The notes below the pieces were generated by a model, which saw nothing but the letters and a program-made list of their open reading frames with translations, did not search any database and had not been told where the DNA came from. Of a stretch of DNA of 64,000 nt, positions 48,801 through 63,063 are shown piece after piece. The stretch is from Squalus acanthias (Eukaryota), in assembly GCA_030390025.1 (NCBI GenBank), contig JASTWF010000354.1, forward strand, positions 124,001 through 188,000. The letters run 5' to 3'. The position numbers and the translations under genes were made by a program. Numbering within the stretch: position 1 is the first letter of the stretch; each line of letters begins with the position of its first letter.

Positions 48801-51800
48801 AATTATATCACACTGCAATTATATCATTTTACAATTATATCACACTGCAATTATATCACACTGCAATTATTTCACACTGCAATTATATCACACTGCAATT
48901 ATATCACACTACAATTATATCACACTACAATTATAAAACACTGCAATTATATCACACTGCAATTATATCACACTGCAATTATATCACACTACAATTAAAT
49001 CACACTACAATTAAATCACACTACAATTGTATCACACTATAATTATATCACACTACAATTATATCACACTGCAATTATTTCACAATACAATTATATCATA
49101 CTACAATTATATCACTAAACAATTATATCACACAACAATTATATCACACAACAATTATATCACACTACAATTAAATCACACTGCAATTATATCACAATAC
49201 AATTATATCACACTACAATTATTTCACAATACAATTATATCACACTACAACTATATCACACTACAATTATATCACACTGCAATTATATCACAATACAATT
49301 ATATAAATATACAATTATATCACACTACAATTAAAGCACACTGCAATTATATCACGATACAATTATATCACAATACCATTATATCACACTGCAATTATAT
49401 CACAATACAATTTGAAAACAATACAATTAAATCACACTACAATTATATCACACTACAATTATATCACACTGCAATGATATCACACTGCAATGATATCACA
49501 CTGCAAATATATCACAATACAATTATATCACACTACAATTATATCACACTGCAATTATATCACACTGCAATTATATCACATTACAATTATATCACACTGC
49601 AATTATATCACAATACAATTATATCACACTACAATTATATCACACTGCAATTATATCACACTGCAATATCACACTGCAATTATATCACACGACAATTATA
49701 TCACAATACAATTATATCACACTGCAATTATATCACACGACTATTATATCACAATACAATTATATCACACTGCAATTATATCACAATACAATTATATCAC
49801 ACTTCAATTATATCACACTACAATTATGTCACGCTACAATTATATCACACTGCAATTATTTCACACTACAATTATATCACACTGCAATTATATCATAATA
49901 CAATTATATCACACTGCAATTATATCACACTACAATTATATCATAATACAATTATATCACACTGCAATTATATCACAATACAATTATATCACACTTCAAT
50001 TATATCACACTACAATTATGTCACGCTACAATTATATCACACTGCAATTATTTCACGCTACAATTATATCACACTGCAATTATATCATAATACAATTATA
50101 TCACACTGCAATTATATCACACTACAATTATATCATAATACAATTATATCACACTGCAATTATTTCACACTACAATTATATCACACTGCAATTATATCAT
50201 AATACAATTATATCACACTGCAATTATATCACACTGCAATTATATCATAATACAATTATATCACACTGCAATTATATCATTTTACAATTATATCACACTG
50301 CAATTATATCACACTGCAATTATTTCACACTGCAATTATATCATAATACAATTATATCACACTGCAATTATATAACACTGCAATTATATCACACTGCAAT
50401 TATATCACACTACAATTATATCACACTGCAATTATATCACACTACAATTATATCACACTACAATTATATCACACTACAATTATAAATCACTGCAATTATA
50501 TCACACTGCAATTATATCACACTGCAATTATATCACACTACAATTAAATCACACTACAATTAAATCACACTACAATTATATCACACTATAATTATATCAC
50601 ACTACAATTATATCACACTGCAATTATTTCACAATACAATTATATCACACAACAATTACATCACACTACAATTAAATCACACTACAATTAAATCACACTA
50701 CAATTAAATCACACTACAATTAAATCACACTACAATTATATCACACTATAATTATATCACACTAAAATTATATCACACTGCAATTATTTCACAATACAAT
50801 TATATCACACAACAATTATATCACACTGCAATTATTTCACAATACAATTATATCACACAACAATTATATCACACTACAATTATATCACACAACAATTATA
50901 TCACACAACAATTATATCACACAACAATTATATCACACTACAATTAAATCACACTGCAATTATATCACAATACAATTATATCACACTACAACTATATCAC
51001 ACTACAATTATATCACACTGCAATTATATCACAATACAATTATATAAAAATACAATTATATCACACTACAATTAAAGCACACTGCAATTATATCACGATA
51101 CAATTATATCACAATACCATTTTATCACACTACAATTAAATCACACTACAATTATATCACGCTTCAATTATATCACGCTACAATTATATCACACTGCAAT
51201 TATATCACACTGCAATTATATCACACTACAATTATATCACAATACAATTATATTGCAATACAATTATATCACAATACAATTATATCACACTGCAATTATA
51301 TCACATGACAATTATATAATACAAATATATCACACTTCAATTATATCACAATACAATTACATCACACGACAATTATATCAGAATACAATTACATCACAAT
51401 ACAATTATATCACACTACAATTATATCACACTGCAATTACATCACAATACAATTATATCACACTACAATTATATCAGAATACTATTATATCACACTACAA
51501 ATATATCACACTACAATTATATCACACTACAATTATATCAGAATACAATTATATCACGCTACAATTATATCACAATACAATTATATCACACTACAATAAT
51601 ATCACGCTACAATTATATCACAATACAATTATATCACACTACAATTATATCACACTACAATTATATCACACTACAATTATATAACATTACAACTATATCA
51701 CACTGCAATTATATCACACTACAATTATATCACACTACAATTATATCACGCTACAATTATATAACACTGCAATTATATCACACTGAAATTATATCACACT

Positions 51801-54800
51801 ACAATTATATCACAATACAATTATATCACACTACAATTAAATCACACTACAATTAAATCACACTACAATTATATCACACTATAATTATATCACACTACAA
51901 TTATATCACACTACAATTATATCACAATACAATTATATAACATTACAATTATTTCACACTGCAATTATATTATACTACAATATCACACTGCAATTATATC
52001 ACACTGCAATTATTTCACAATACAATTATATCATACTACAATTATATCACACAACAATTATATCACACAACAATTATATCACACTACAATTATATCACAC
52101 TGCAATTATATCACAATACTATTATATCACGCTACAATTTTTTCACAATACAATTATATCACACTACAATTATATCACACTACAATTATATCACACTGCA
52201 ATTATATCACAATACAATTATATAAAAATACAATTATATCACACTACAATTAAAGCACACTGCTATTATATCACGATACAATTATATCACAATACAATTA
52301 AATCACACTACAATTATATCACACTACAATTATATCACACTACAATTATATCACAATACAATTATATTACGCTACAATTATATCACGCTTCATATATATC
52401 ACGCTACAATTATATCACACTGCAAATATATCACACTGCAATTATATCACACTACAATTATATCACAATACAATTATATTACAATACAATTATATCACAA
52501 TACAATTATATCACACTACAATTATATCACACGACAATTATATAATACTAATATATCACACTTCAATTATATCACAATACAATTACATCACACTACAATT
52601 ATATCACACTACAATTATATCACACTACAATTATATCACAATACAATTATATCACAATACAATTATATCACACTACAATTATATCACACTACAATTATAT
52701 CACACTACAATTATATCACAATACAATTATATCACACTACAATTATATCACACTACAATTATATCACACTACAATTATATCACAATACAATTATATAACA
52801 TTACAATTATATCACACTGCGATTATATCACACTACAATATCACACTGCAATTAGATCACACTGCAATTATTTCACAATACAATTATATCATACTGCAAT
52901 TATATCACACAACAATTATATCACACAACAATTATATCACACAACAATTATATCACACTACAATTATATCACACTGCAATTATATCACAATACAATTATA
53001 TAACAATACAATTATATCACAATACAATTATATCACAATACAATTATATCACACTACAATAATGCCACACTACAATTATATCACAATACAATTATATCAC
53101 ACTACAATTATATCACAATTCAGTTATATCACACAGCAATTTTATCGCAATAAAATTAAATCACAATACAATTATAACACACTGCAATTATATCACACTA
53201 CAATTATATCACACTACAATTATATCACGATACAATTATATCACACTGCAATTATAACACACTGCAATTGTATCACAATACAATTATATCACAATACAAT
53301 TATATCACACTACAATTACATCACACTACAATAATATCACACTGCAATTGTATCACACTGCAATTGTATCACAATACAATTATATCACACTACAATTATG
53401 TCACACTACAATTATATCACACTGCAATGATATCACACTGCAATGATATCACACTGCAAATATATCACAATACAATTATATCACACTGCAATTATATCAC
53501 ACTGCAATTATATCACATTACAATTATATCACACTGCAATTATATCACAATACAATTATATCACACTACAATTATATCACACTGCAATTATATCACACTG
53601 CAATATCACACTGCAATTATATCACACGACAATTATATCACAATACAATTATATCACACTGCAATTATATCACACGACTATTATATCACAATACAATTAT
53701 ATCACACTGCAATTATATCACAATACAATTATATCACACTGCAATTATATCACACTACAATTATGTCACGCTACAATTATATCACACTGCAATTATTTCA
53801 CAATACAATTATATCACACTGCAATTTTATCATAATACAATTATATCACACTGCAATTATATCACACTACAATTATATCACACTTCAATGATATCACACT
53901 GCAATGATATCACACTGCAAATATATCACAATACAATTATATCACACTGCAATTATATCACACTGCAATTATATCACATTACAATTATATCACACTGCAA
54001 TTATATCACAATACAATTATATCACACTACAATTATATCACACTGCAATTATATCACACTGCAATATCACACTGCAATTATATCACACGACAATTATATC
54101 ACAATACAATTATATCACACTGCAATTATATCACACGACTATTATATCACAATACAATTATATCACACTGCAATTATATCACAATACAATTATATCACAC
54201 TGCAATTATATCACACTACAATTATGTCACGCTACAATTATATCATACTGCAATTATTTCACACTACAATTATATCACACTGCAATTATATCATAATACA
54301 ATTATATCACACTGCAATTATATCACACTACAATTATATCACACTGCAATTATATCATTTTACAATTATATCACACTGCAATTATATCACACTGCAATTA
54401 TTTCACACTGCAATTATATCACACTGCAATTATATCACACTACAATTATATCACACTACAATTATAAAACACTGCTATTATATCACACTGCAATTATATC
54501 ACACTGCAATTATATCACACTACAATTAAATCACACTACAATTAAATCACACTACAATTGTATCACACTATAATTATATCACACTACAATTATATCACAC
54601 TGCAATTATTTCACAATACAATTATATCATACTACAATTATATCACTAAACAATTATATCACACAACAATTATATCACACAACAATTATATCACACTACA
54701 ATTAAATCACACTGCAATTATATCACAATACAATTATATCACACTACAATTATTTCACAATACAATTATATCACACTACAACTATATCACACTACAATTA

Positions 54801-57800
54801 TATCACACTGCAATTATATCACAATACAATTATATAAATATACAATTATATCACACTACAATTAAAGCACACTGCAATTATATCACGATACAATTATATC
54901 ACAATACCATTATATCACACTGCAATTATATCACAATACAATTTGAAAACAATACAATTAAATCACACTACAATTATATCACACTACAATTATATCACAC
55001 TGCAATGATATCACACTGCAATGATATCACACTGCAAATATATCACAATACAATTATATCACACTACAATTATATCACACTGCAATTATATCACACTGCA
55101 ATTATATCACATTACAATTATATCACACTGCAATTATATCACAATACAATTATATCACACTACAATTATATCACACTGCAATTATATCACACTGCAATAT
55201 CACACTGCAATTATATCACACGACAATTATATCACAATACAATTATATCACACTGCAATTATATCACACGACTATTATATCACAATACAATTATATCACA
55301 CTGCAATTATATCACAATACAATTATATCACACTTCAATTATATCACACTACAATTATGTCACGCTACAATTATATCACACTGCAATTATTTCACACTAC
55401 AATTATATCACACTGCAATTATATCATAATACAATTATATCACACTGCAATTATATCACACTACAATTATATCATAATACAATTATATCACACTGCAATT
55501 ATATCACAATACAATTATATCACACTTCAATTATATCACACTACAATTATGTCACGCTACAATTATATCACACTGCAATTATTTCACGCTACAATTATAT
55601 CACACTGCAATTATATCATAATACAATTATATCACACTGCAATTATATCACACTACAATTATATCATAATACAATTATATCACACTGCAATTATTTCACA
55701 CTACAATTATATCACACTGCAATTATATCATAATACAATTATATCACACTGCAATTATATCACACTGCAATTATATCATAATACAATTATATCACACTGC
55801 AATTATATCATTTTACAATTATATCACACTGCAATTATATCACACTGCAATTATTTCACACTGCAATTATATCATAATACAATTATATCACACTGCAATT
55901 ATATAACACTGCAATTATATCACACTGCAATTATATAACACTACAATTATATCACACTGCAATTATATCACACTACAATTATATCACACTACAATTATAT
56001 CACACTACAATTATAAATCACTGCAATTATATCACACTGCAATTATATCACACTGCAATTATATCACACTACAATTAAATCACACTACAATTAAATCACA
56101 CTACAATTATATCACACTATAATTATATCACACTACAATTATATCACACTGCAATTATTTCACAATACAATTATATCACACAACAATTACATCACACTAC
56201 AATTAAATCACACTACAATTAAATCACACTACAATTAAATCACACTACAATTAAATCACACTACAATTATATCACACTATAATTATATCACACTAAAATT
56301 ATATCACACTGCAATTATTTCACAATACAATTATATCACACTAAAATTATATCACACTGCAATTATTTCACAATACAATTATATCACACAACAATTAAAT
56401 CACACTACAATTAAATCACACTACAATTAAATCACACTACAATTAAATCACACTACAATTATATCACACTACAATTAAATCACACTACAATTAAATCACA
56501 CTACAATTATATCACACTATAATTATATCACACTAAAATTATATCACACTGCAATTATTTCACAATACAATTATATCACACAACAATTATATCACACTAC
56601 AATTATATCACACAACAATTATATCACACAACAATTATATCACACAACAATTATATCACACTACAATTAAATCACACTGCAATTATATCACAATACAATT
56701 ATATCACACTACAACTATATCACACTACAATTATATCACACTGCAATTATATCACAATACAATTATATAAAAATACAATTATATCACACTACAATTAAAG
56801 CACACTGCAATTATATCACGATACAATTATATCACAATACCATTTTATCACACTACAATTAAATCACACTACAATTATATCACGCTTCAATTATATCACG
56901 CTACAATTATATCACACTGCAATTATATCACACTGCAATTATATCACACTACAATTATATCACAATACAATTATATTGCAATACAATTATATCACAATAC
57001 AATTATATCACACTGCAATTATATCACATGACAATTATATAATACAAATATATCACACTTCAATTATATCACAATACAATTACATCACACGACAATTATA
57101 TCAGAATACAATTACATCACAATACAATTATATCACACTACAATTATATCACACTACAATTATATCACACTACAATTATATCACACTGCAATTACATCAC
57201 AATACAATTATATCACACTACAATTATATCACACTACAATTATATCACACTACAAATATATCACACTACAATTATATCACACTACAATTATATCACACTG
57301 CAATTACATCACAATACAATTATATCACACTACAATTATATCAGAATACTATTATATCACACTACAAATATATCACACTACAATTATATCACACTACAAT
57401 TATATCAGAATACAATTATATCACGCTACAATTATATCACAATACAATTATATCACACTACAATAATATCACGCTACAATTATATCACAATACAATTATA
57501 TCACACTACAATTATATCACACTACAATTATATCACACTACAATTATATAACATTACAACTATATCACACTGCAATTATATCACACTACAATTATATCAC
57601 ACTACAATTATATCACGCTACAATTATATAACACTGCAATTATATCACACTGAAATTATATCACACTACAATTATATCACAATACAATTATATCACACTA
57701 CAATTAAATCACACTACAATTAAATCACACTACAATTATATCACACTATAATTATATCACACTACAATTATATCACACTACAATTATATCACAATACAAT

Positions 57801-58569
57801 TATATAACATTACAATTATTTCACACTGCAATTATATTATACTACAATATCACACTGCAATTATATCACACTGCAATTATTTCACAATACAATTATATCA
57901 TACTACAATTATATCACACAACAATTATATCACACAACAATTATATCACACTACAATTATATCACACTGCAATTATATCACAATACTATTATATCACGCT
58001 ACAATTTTTTCACAATACAATTATATCACACTACAATTATATCACACTACAATTATATCACACTGCAATTATATCACAATACAATTATATAAAAATACAA
58101 TTATATCACACTACAATTAAAGCACACTGCTATTATATCACGATACAATTATATCACAATACAATTAAATCACACTACAATTATATCACACTACAATTAT
58201 ATCACACTACAATTATATCACAATACAATTATATTACGCTACAATTATATCACGCTTCATATATATCACGCTACAATTATATCACACTGCAATTATATCA
58301 CACTGCAATTATATCACACTACAATTATATCACAATACAATTATATTACAATACAATTATATCACAATACAATTGTATCACACTACAATTATATCACACG
58401 ACAATTATATAATACAAATATATCACACTTCAATTATATCACAATACAATTACATCACACTACAATTATATCACACTACAATTATATCACACTGCAATTA
58501 TATCACAATACAATTATATCACACTACAAATATATCACACTACAATTATATCACACTACAATTATATCA
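36855..58569. repeat. 16-bp tandem satellite, middle block (same family, richer in ACTA/AATA variants)
   Basis: The same monomer resumes in the same orientation right after the LINE. Confidence 0.99.
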
Positions 58570-58646
58570 TGATGTGGAGATGCCGGCGTTGGACTGGGGT
58601 GGACAAAAATGAGAAGTCGCACAACACCAGGTTATAGTCCAACAGA

Positions 58647-58652
58647 TTTATT
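58647..58652 (-). promoter_or_regulatory. Putative polyadenylation signal AATAAA in the PLE 3' region (copy 2 at 62048-62053)
   Basis: TTTATT on the + strand, just downstream of the hammerhead motif on the element strand. Confidence 0.45.
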
Positions 58653-58657
58653 TAATT

Positions 58658-58695
58658 TTACAAGCTTTCAGAGCTATCGCTCCTTCGTCAGGTAA
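58658..58695 (-). ncRNA. Minimal type I hammerhead ribozyme motif, copy 1 (G-U closing pair in helix II)
   Basis: The - strand reads UUAC CUGACGA A GGAGC GAUA GCUCU GAAA GC UU GUAA: CUGANGA and GAAA boxes, helix II, helix I UUAC/GUAA, palindromic AGCU helix III. Confidence 0.75.
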
Positions 58696-58917
58696 GTTAG
58701 CAATGAGAGAATCTCCCAGAATTCACAATTTAAACCCAGACAAAATCTATTCACATTATTCGCTACAACAAAGAGCACAGCCAAGACAATGAGATGTGTC
58801 CCAGGGGGTCCAGCGTGTCAAACCACCTGCTGGCTGCATATCCTGTCAATTTGTGTTCTTGTGTTTTTAAAAAAAAAACCAAAAAAAACACCTGGGAAGA
58901 CCGGCCATGATGTCAAG

Positions 58918-59661
58918 TCACGTTCTGTATCGTGACATGAACCCGATATCGCGATTGAGGCCATCCTCATGAGTGCGGAACTTGGCTATCAGTTTCTGCT
59001 CTATGATTTTGCGCTGTCGTGTATCTCGACGGCCGCCTTGGAGAACGCTTACCCGCAGATCCGAGGCTGAATGCCCCTGGCTGCTGAAGTGTTCCCCGAC
59101 TGGGAGGCAACCCTCCTGCCTGGCGATTGTTGCGCGGTGTCCGTTCATACGTTGTCTCAGTGTCTGCATGGTCTCGCCGATGTACCATGCTCTGGAGCAT
59201 CCTTTACTGCAACGTATCAGGTAGACAACGTTGGCCGAGTCACATGAGTATGTACCGTGTACCTGGTGGGTAGTGTCCTCACGTGTAATGATGGTATCTG
59301 TGTCCATGATTTGGCATGTCTTGCAGAGGTTGCCGTGGCAGGGTTGTGTGGTGTCTTGGTTGCTGTTCTCCTGAAAGATGGGTAATCTGCTGCGAACGAT
59401 GGTACTTTTGAGGTTAGGCGGCTGCTTGAAGGCGAGTAGTGGAGGCGTGGGGATGGCCTTAGCAAGGTGTTCGTCGTCATCGATGACATGTTGAAGGCTG
59501 CGAAGAACATGGCGTAGTTTTTCCGCTCCGGGGAAGTACTGGACGACGTAGGGTACTCTGTTGGTTGTGTCCCGTGTTCGTCTTCTGAGGAGGTCTATGC
59601 GGTTTTTCGCTGTGGCCCGTCGGAACTGTCGATCGACGAGTCGAGCGTCATATCCCGTTCT
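58918..59661 (-). pseudogene. PLE ORF C-terminal fragment: end of RT thumb/linker, Cys-rich motif, GIY-YIG endonuclease
   Basis: Motifs PCHGNLCKTC; NVVYLIRC...WYIGET...LRQRMNGHR; VGEHF; EQKLI...GLNRD. The frame is uninterrupted but the RT core is missing. The N-terminal MYSDII of the ORF-track call is translated satellite. Confidence 0.9.
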
Positions 59662-61970
59662 TACAATTATATCAGAATACAATTATATCACGCTACAATT
59701 ATATCACAATACAATTATATCACACTACAATTATATCACGCTACAATTATATCACAATACAATTATATCACACTACAATTATATCACACTACAATTATAT
59801 CAAAATACAATTATATCACACTACAATTATATCACACTACAATTATATCACACTACAATTATATAACATTAAATTATATCACACTGCAATTATATCACAC
59901 TACAATATCACACTGCAATTAGATCACACTGCAATTATATCACGATACAATTATATCACAATGCCATTATATCACACTACAATTATATCACTCTACAATT
60001 ATATCACAATACAATTATATCACACTGCAATTATATCACGCTTCAATTATATCACGCTACAATTATATCACACCGCAATTATATCACACTGCAATTATAT
60101 CACTCTACAATTATATTACAATACAATTATATCACAATACAATTATATCACACAACAATTATATCACAATACAATTATCCAACACTGCAATTATATCACA
60201 ATACAATTATATCACACTACAATTATATCACAATACAATTACATCACACTACAATTATATCACACTACAATTATATCACAATACAATTATATCACACTAC
60301 AATTATATCACAATTCAATTATATCACACTACAATTATATCACAATACAATTATATCACACTACAATAATGCCACACTACAATTGTATCACAATACAATT
60401 ATATCACACTACAATTATATCACAATACAATTATATCAGAATACAATACAATTATATCACAATACAATTATATCACACTACAATTATATCACAATTCAGT
60501 TATATCACACAGCAATTTTATCGCAATACAATTATATCACAATACAATTATAACACACTGCAATTATATCACACTGAAATTATATCACACTACAATTATA
60601 TCACAATACAATTATATCACACTACAATTAAATCACACTACAATTAAATCACACTACAATTATATCACACTATAATTATATCACACTACAATTATATCAC
60701 ACTACAATTATATCACAATACAATTATATAACACTGCAATTATATCACACTGCAATTATATCACACTACATTTATATCACACTACAATTATATCACTCTA
60801 CAATTATATCACAATACAATTATATCACGCTACAAATATATCACACTACAATTATTTCACACTGCAATTATATCACACTACAATTATATCACAATACAAT
60901 TATATCACAATAGAATTATATCACGCTACAATTATATCACTCTACAATTATATCACAACACAATTATATCACAATACAATTATATCACAATACAATTATA
61001 TCACACTACAATTATATCACAATACAATTATATCACGCTACAATTATATCACAATACAATTATATCACGCTACAATTATATCACAATACAATTATATCAC
61101 AATACAATTATATCACAATACAATTATATCACGCTACAATTATATCACAATACAATTATATCACAATACAATTATATCTCGCTGCAATTATATCACAATA
61201 CAATTATATAACATTACAATTATTTCACACTGCAATTATATTATACTACAATATCACACTGCAATTATATCACACTGCAATTATTTCACAATACAATTAT
61301 ATCATACTACAATTATATCACACAATTATATCACACAACAATTATATCACACTACAATTATATCACACTGCAATTATATCACAATACTATTATATCACGC
61401 TACAATTATTTCACAATACAATTATATCACACTGCAATTATATCACACTACAATTATATCACACTGCAATTATATCACAATACAATTATATAAAAATACA
61501 ATTATATCACACTACAATTAAAGCACACTGCTATTATATCACGATACAATTATATCACAATACAATTAAATCACACTACAATTATATCACACTACAATTA
61601 TATCACACTACAATTATATCACAATACAATTATATTACGCTACAATTATATCACGCTTCATATATATCACGCTACAATTATATCACACTGCAATTATATC
61701 ACACTGCAATTATATCACACTACAATTATATCACAATACAATTATATTACAATACAATTATATCACAATACAATTATATCACACTACAATTATATCACAC
61801 GACAATTATATAATACAAATATATCACACTTCAATTATATCACAATACAATTACATCACACTACAATTATATCACACTACAATTATATCACACTGCAATT
61901 ATATCACAATACAATTATATCACACTACAAATATATCACACTACAATTATATCACACTACAATTATATCA
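59662..61970. repeat. 16-bp tandem satellite between the two PLE copies
   Basis: Same monomer and orientation as the rest of the array. Confidence 0.99.
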
Positions 61971-62058
61971 TGATGTGGAGATGCCGGCGTTGGACTGGGG
62001 TGGACAAAAATGAGAAGTCGCACAACACCAGGTTATAGTCCAACAGATTTATTTAATT

Positions 62059-62096
62059 TTACAAGCTTTCGGAGCTATCGCTCCTTCGTCAGGTAA
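62059..62096 (-). ncRNA. Minimal type I hammerhead ribozyme motif, copy 2 (perfect helix II)
   Basis: The - strand reads UUAC CUGACGA A GGAGC GAUA GCUCC GAAA GC UU GUAA. Confidence 0.8.
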
Positions 62097-62319
62097 GTTA
62101 GCAATGAGAGAATCTCCCAGAATTCACAATTTAAACCCAGACAAAATCTATTCACATTATTCGCTACAACAAAGAGCACAGCCAAGACAATGAGATGTGT
62201 CCCAAGGGGTCCAGCGTGTCAAACCACCTGCTGGCTGCATATCCTGTCAATTTGTGTTCTTGTGTTTTTAAAAAAAAAAACCAAAAAAAACACCTGGGAA
62301 GACCGGCCATGATGTCAAG

Positions 62320-63063
62320 TCACGTTCTGTATCGTGACATGAACCCGATATCGCGATTGAGGCCATCCTCATGAGTGCGGAACTTGGCTATCAGTTTCTG
62401 CTCTATGATTTTGCGCTGTCGTGTATCTCGAAGGCCGCCTTGGAGAACGCTTACCCGCAGATCCGAGGCTGAATGCCCCTGGCTGCTGAAGTGTTCCCCG
62501 ACTGGGAGGCAACCCTCCTGCCTGGCGATTGTTGCGCGGTGTCCGTTCATACGTTGTCTCAGTGTCTGCATGGTCTCGCCGATGTACCATGCTCTGGAGC
62601 ATCCTTTACTGCAACGTATCAGGTAGACAACGTTGGCCGAGTCACATGAGTATGTACCGTGTACCTGGTGGGTAGTGTCCTCACGTGTAATGATGGTATC
62701 TGTGTCCATGATTTGGCATGTCTTGCAGAGGTTGCCGTGGCAGGGTTGTGTGGTGTCTTGGTTGCTGTTCTCCTGAAAGATGGGTAATCTGCTGCGAACG
62801 ATGGTACTTTTGAGGTTAGGCGGCTGCTTGAAGGCGAGTAGTGGAGGCGTGGGGATGGCCTTAGCAAGGTGTTCGTCGTCATCGATGACATGTTGAAGGC
62901 TGCGAAGAACATGGCGTAGTTTTTCCGCTCCGGGGAAGTACTGGACGACGTAGGGTACTCTGTTGGTTGTGTCCCGTGTTCGTCTTCTGAGGAGGTCTAT
63001 GCGGTTTTTCGCTGTGGCCCGTCGGAACTGTCGATCGACGAGTCGAGCGTCATATCCCGTTCT
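62320..63063 (-). pseudogene. PLE ORF C-terminal fragment with GIY-YIG endonuclease, copy 2
   Basis: Translation identical to copy 1 except GGLR instead of GGRR. Confidence 0.9.

Larger units (their letters stand above)
58570..59661 (-). mobile_element. Penelope-like retroelement (PLE), 5'-truncated, copy 1
   Basis: C-terminal ORF with a GIY-YIG endonuclease, followed by about 350 bp of 3' terminal-repeat region with a hammerhead motif and AATAAA. Flanked by a TACAATTATATCA duplication (58557-58569, 59662-59674). Confidence 0.93.
61971..63063 (-). mobile_element. Penelope-like retroelement, 5'-truncated, copy 2
   Basis: Same junctions as copy 1 at offset 3401/3402. I see only 3 substitutions and a 1-nt poly(A) length difference between the copies. 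Confidence 0.93.

Noticed and set aside
58689..58697. Perfect splice-donor consensus CAG/GTAAGT on the + strand overlapping the hammerhead (also 62090-62098)
   Set aside because: It is antisense to the element and largely dictated by the hammerhead core and helix I (CUUAC-CUG). No exon or acceptor partner is supportable.
58570..63063. The two PLE copies as LTRs of one element or as a native PLE partial-tandem insertion
   Set aside because: The intervening DNA is pure satellite and the flanking satellite variants are duplicated too, which fits a segmental duplication.
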